This document shows, piece after piece, positions 61,449 through 64,000 of a DNA stretch of 64,000 nucleotides. Source of the stretch: Mobula hypostoma (Eukaryota). The stretch is from positions 35,650,001 to 35,714,000 of the forward strand of contig NC_086105.1 in the NCBI RefSeq assembly GCF_963921235.1, given 5' to 3'. The translations under genes and the position numbers were made by a program. Every line of letters starts with the position of its first letter. Position 1 is the first letter of the stretch. Under the pieces are notes generated by a model, which saw only the letters and a program-made list of their open reading frames with translations, was not told the origin of the DNA and did not search any database.

Positions 61449-64000
61449 AACATAGAAAACAGGTGCAGGAGTAGGCCATTCGGCCCTTCGAGCCTGCACT
61501 GCCATTCAGAATGATCATGGCTGATCATCCAACTCAGAACCCTGTACCTGCCTTCTCTCCATACCCCCTGATCCCTTTAGCCACAAGGACCATATCTAAC
61601 TCCCTCTTAAATATGCCAATGAACTGGCCTCAACTGTTTCCTGTGGCAGAGAATTCCACAGATTCACCACTCTCTTTGTGAAGAAGTTTTTCCTCACCTC
61701 GGTCCTAAAAGGCTTCCCCTTTATCCTCAAACTGTGACCCCTCGTTCTGGACTTCCCCAACATCGGGAACAATCTTCCTGCATCTAGCCTGTCCAATCCC
61801 TTTAGAATTTTATACGTTTCAATAAGATACCCCCTCAATCTTCTAAATTCCAGAGAGTATAAGTCTAGTCAATCCAGTCTTTCATTGTATGAAAGTCCTG
61901 CCATCCCAGGAATCAATTTGGTGAACCTTCTTTGTACTCCCTCTTTGGCAAGAATGTCTTTCCTCAGATTAGGGGACCAAAACTGCACACAATACTCCAG
62001 GTGTGGTCTCACCAAGGCCTTGTACAACTACAGTAGTACCTCCCTGCTCCTGTACTCGAATCCTCTTGCTATGAATGCCAGCATACCATTTGCCTTTTTC
62101 ACCGCCTGCTGTACCTGCATGCCCACTTTCAATGACTGATATACAATGACACCCAGGTCTCATTGCACCTCCCCTTTTCCTAATCGGCTTCCATTCAGAT
62201 AATAATCTGTTTTCCTGTTCTTGCCACCAAAGTGGATAACCTCACATTTATCCACATTAAATTGCATCTGCCATGAATTTTCCCACTCACCTAACCTATC
62301 CAAGTCACCCTGCATCCTCTTAGCATCCTCCTCACAGCTAACACTGTCGCCCAGCTTCGTGTCGTCCGCAAACTTGGAGATGCTGCATTTAATTCCCTCG
62401 TCTAAGTCATTAATATATATTGTAAACAACTGGGGTCCCAGCACTGAGCCTTGCGGTACCCCACTAGTCACTGCCTGCCATTCTGAAAAGGTCCTGTTTA
62501 TTCCCACTCTTTGCTTCCTGTCTGCCAACCAATTCTCTATCCACATCAATACCATACCCCCAATACCATGTGCTTTAAGTTTGCACACTAATCTCCTGTG
62601 TAGGACCTTGTCAAAAGTCTTCTGAAAATCCAAATATACCACATCCACTGGTTCTCCCCTATCCACTATACTAGTTATATCCTCAAAAAATTCTATGAGA
62701 TTCGTCAGACATGATTTTCCTTTCACAAATCCATGCTGACTTTGTCCGATGATTTCACCGCTTTCCAAATGTGCTGTTATCACATCTTTGATAACTGACT
62801 CTAGCATTTTCCCCACCACCGATGTCAGGCTTACCGGTCTATAATTCCCTGGTTTCTCTCTCTCTCCTTTTTTAAAAAGCCGGGTTACGTTAGCCACCCT
62901 CCGATCCTCAGGAACTAATCCAGAATCTAAAGAGTTTTGAAAAATTATCACTAATGCATCCACTATTTCTTGTGCTACTTCCTTAAGCTCTCTGGGATGC
63001 AGACCATCTGGCCCTGGGAATTTATCTGCCTTCAAGTTACCTAACACCACTTCCCTACTAACATTTATTTCCCTCAGTTCCTCCATCTCACTAGACCCTC
63101 GGTCCCCTACTATTTCCGGAAGATTATTTATGTCCTCCTTAGTGAAGACAGAGCCAAAGTAGTTATTCAATTGGTCTTCCATGTCCTTGTTCCCATGATT
63201 AATCCACCTGTTTCTGACTGTAAGGGACCTACATTTGTCTTAACCAATCTTTTTCTTTTCACATATCTATAAAAGCTTTTCCAGTCAGTTTTTACGTTCC
63301 CTGCCAGCTTTCTCTCATAATCTTTTTTCCCTTTCCTAATTAAGCCCTTTGCCCTCCTCTGCTGGACTCTGAATTTCTCCCAGTCCTCAGGTGTGCTGCT
63401 TTTTTCTGGCTAATTTGTATGATTCTTCTTTGGAATTGATACTATCCCTAATTTCCCTTGTCAGCCATGGGTGCACTACCTTCCCTGGTTTATTCTTTTG
63501 CCAAACTGGGATGAACAATTGCTGTAGTTCATCCATGCGATCTTTAAATGCTTGCCATTGCATATCCACCATCAACCCTTGAAAGTATCATTTGCCAGTC
63601 TATCTTAGCTAATTCACATCTCATACCTTCAAAGTTACCCTTCTTTAAGTTCAGAACCTTTGTTACTGAATTAACTATATCACTCTCCATCTTAATGAAG
63701 AATTCCACCATATTATGGTCACTCTTACCCAAGGGGCCTCGCATGACAAGATTACTAACTAACCCTTCCTCATTGCTCAACACCCAGTCTAGAATGGCCT
63801 GCTCTCTAGTTGGTTCCTCGACATGTCGGTTCAGAAAACCATCCCGCATACATTCCAAGAAATCCTCTTCCTCAGCACCCTTACCAATTTGGTTCACCCA
63901 ATCTATATGTAGATTTAAGTCACCCATTATAACTACTGCTCCTTTCTTGCATGCATTTCTAATTTCCTGTTTAATGCCATCCCCAACCTCACCACTACTG
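61449..64000 (-). mobile_element. Long young CR1 LINE (ORF2 APE-RT with frameshifts), continuing beyond the window end
   Basis: ORF 62160..63182 (GPDGLHPR, NYRPVSLTS, SQHGF..GKSCLTNL, YLDF.K.FD, SGVPQGSVLGP, SKFADD); APE motifs GDLN and SDHN in ORF 63544..63927. Confidence 0.95.

Noticed and set aside
1-64000. CRISPR array, prokaryotic operon or defence system; remaining short ORFs in the track
   Set aside because: No regularly spaced direct repeats were seen; the sequence is spliced eukaryotic DNA and the other 60-120 aa ORFs are TE fragments or chance frames without recognisable motifs.

Overview
Vertebrate genomic DNA, AT-rich and dominated by repeats. The repeat landscape suggests a cartilaginous fish, probably a ray or shark (inference). 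Two genes are arranged head-to-head. SMC1B (meiotic cohesin, minus strand) has coding exons 1-10 from 41229 down to 860 (1731 nt, 577 codons) and continues off the left edge. RIBC2 (RIB43A-family ciliary microtubule inner protein, plus strand) has six coding exons from 41664 to 60279; its last exon was not found in the window. The two start codons are 434 nt apart, across a CpG-rich bidirectional promoter carrying E2F6-, BANP-, YY1- and RFX-like motifs. The introns contain CR1, L1, Rex1-like, RTE, Penelope, Tigger/pogo, Tc1 and hAT elements plus SINEs. Most notable observations: (i) a minimal type-I hammerhead ribozyme at the 3' end of a young Penelope element, recurring in short derivative elements, including a TSD-flanked palindrome with 142-bp arms in which each ribozyme copy is masked by its own antisense; (ii) a pre-rRNA (putative ITS2 + 28S 5' end) fragment fused to a retroposon tail; (iii) a TSD-flanked, ORF1-only 'half-L1'-like element; (iv) a composite Tigger/hAT element present in two copies. 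All calls were read by eye from the sequence; no searches or computations were run.
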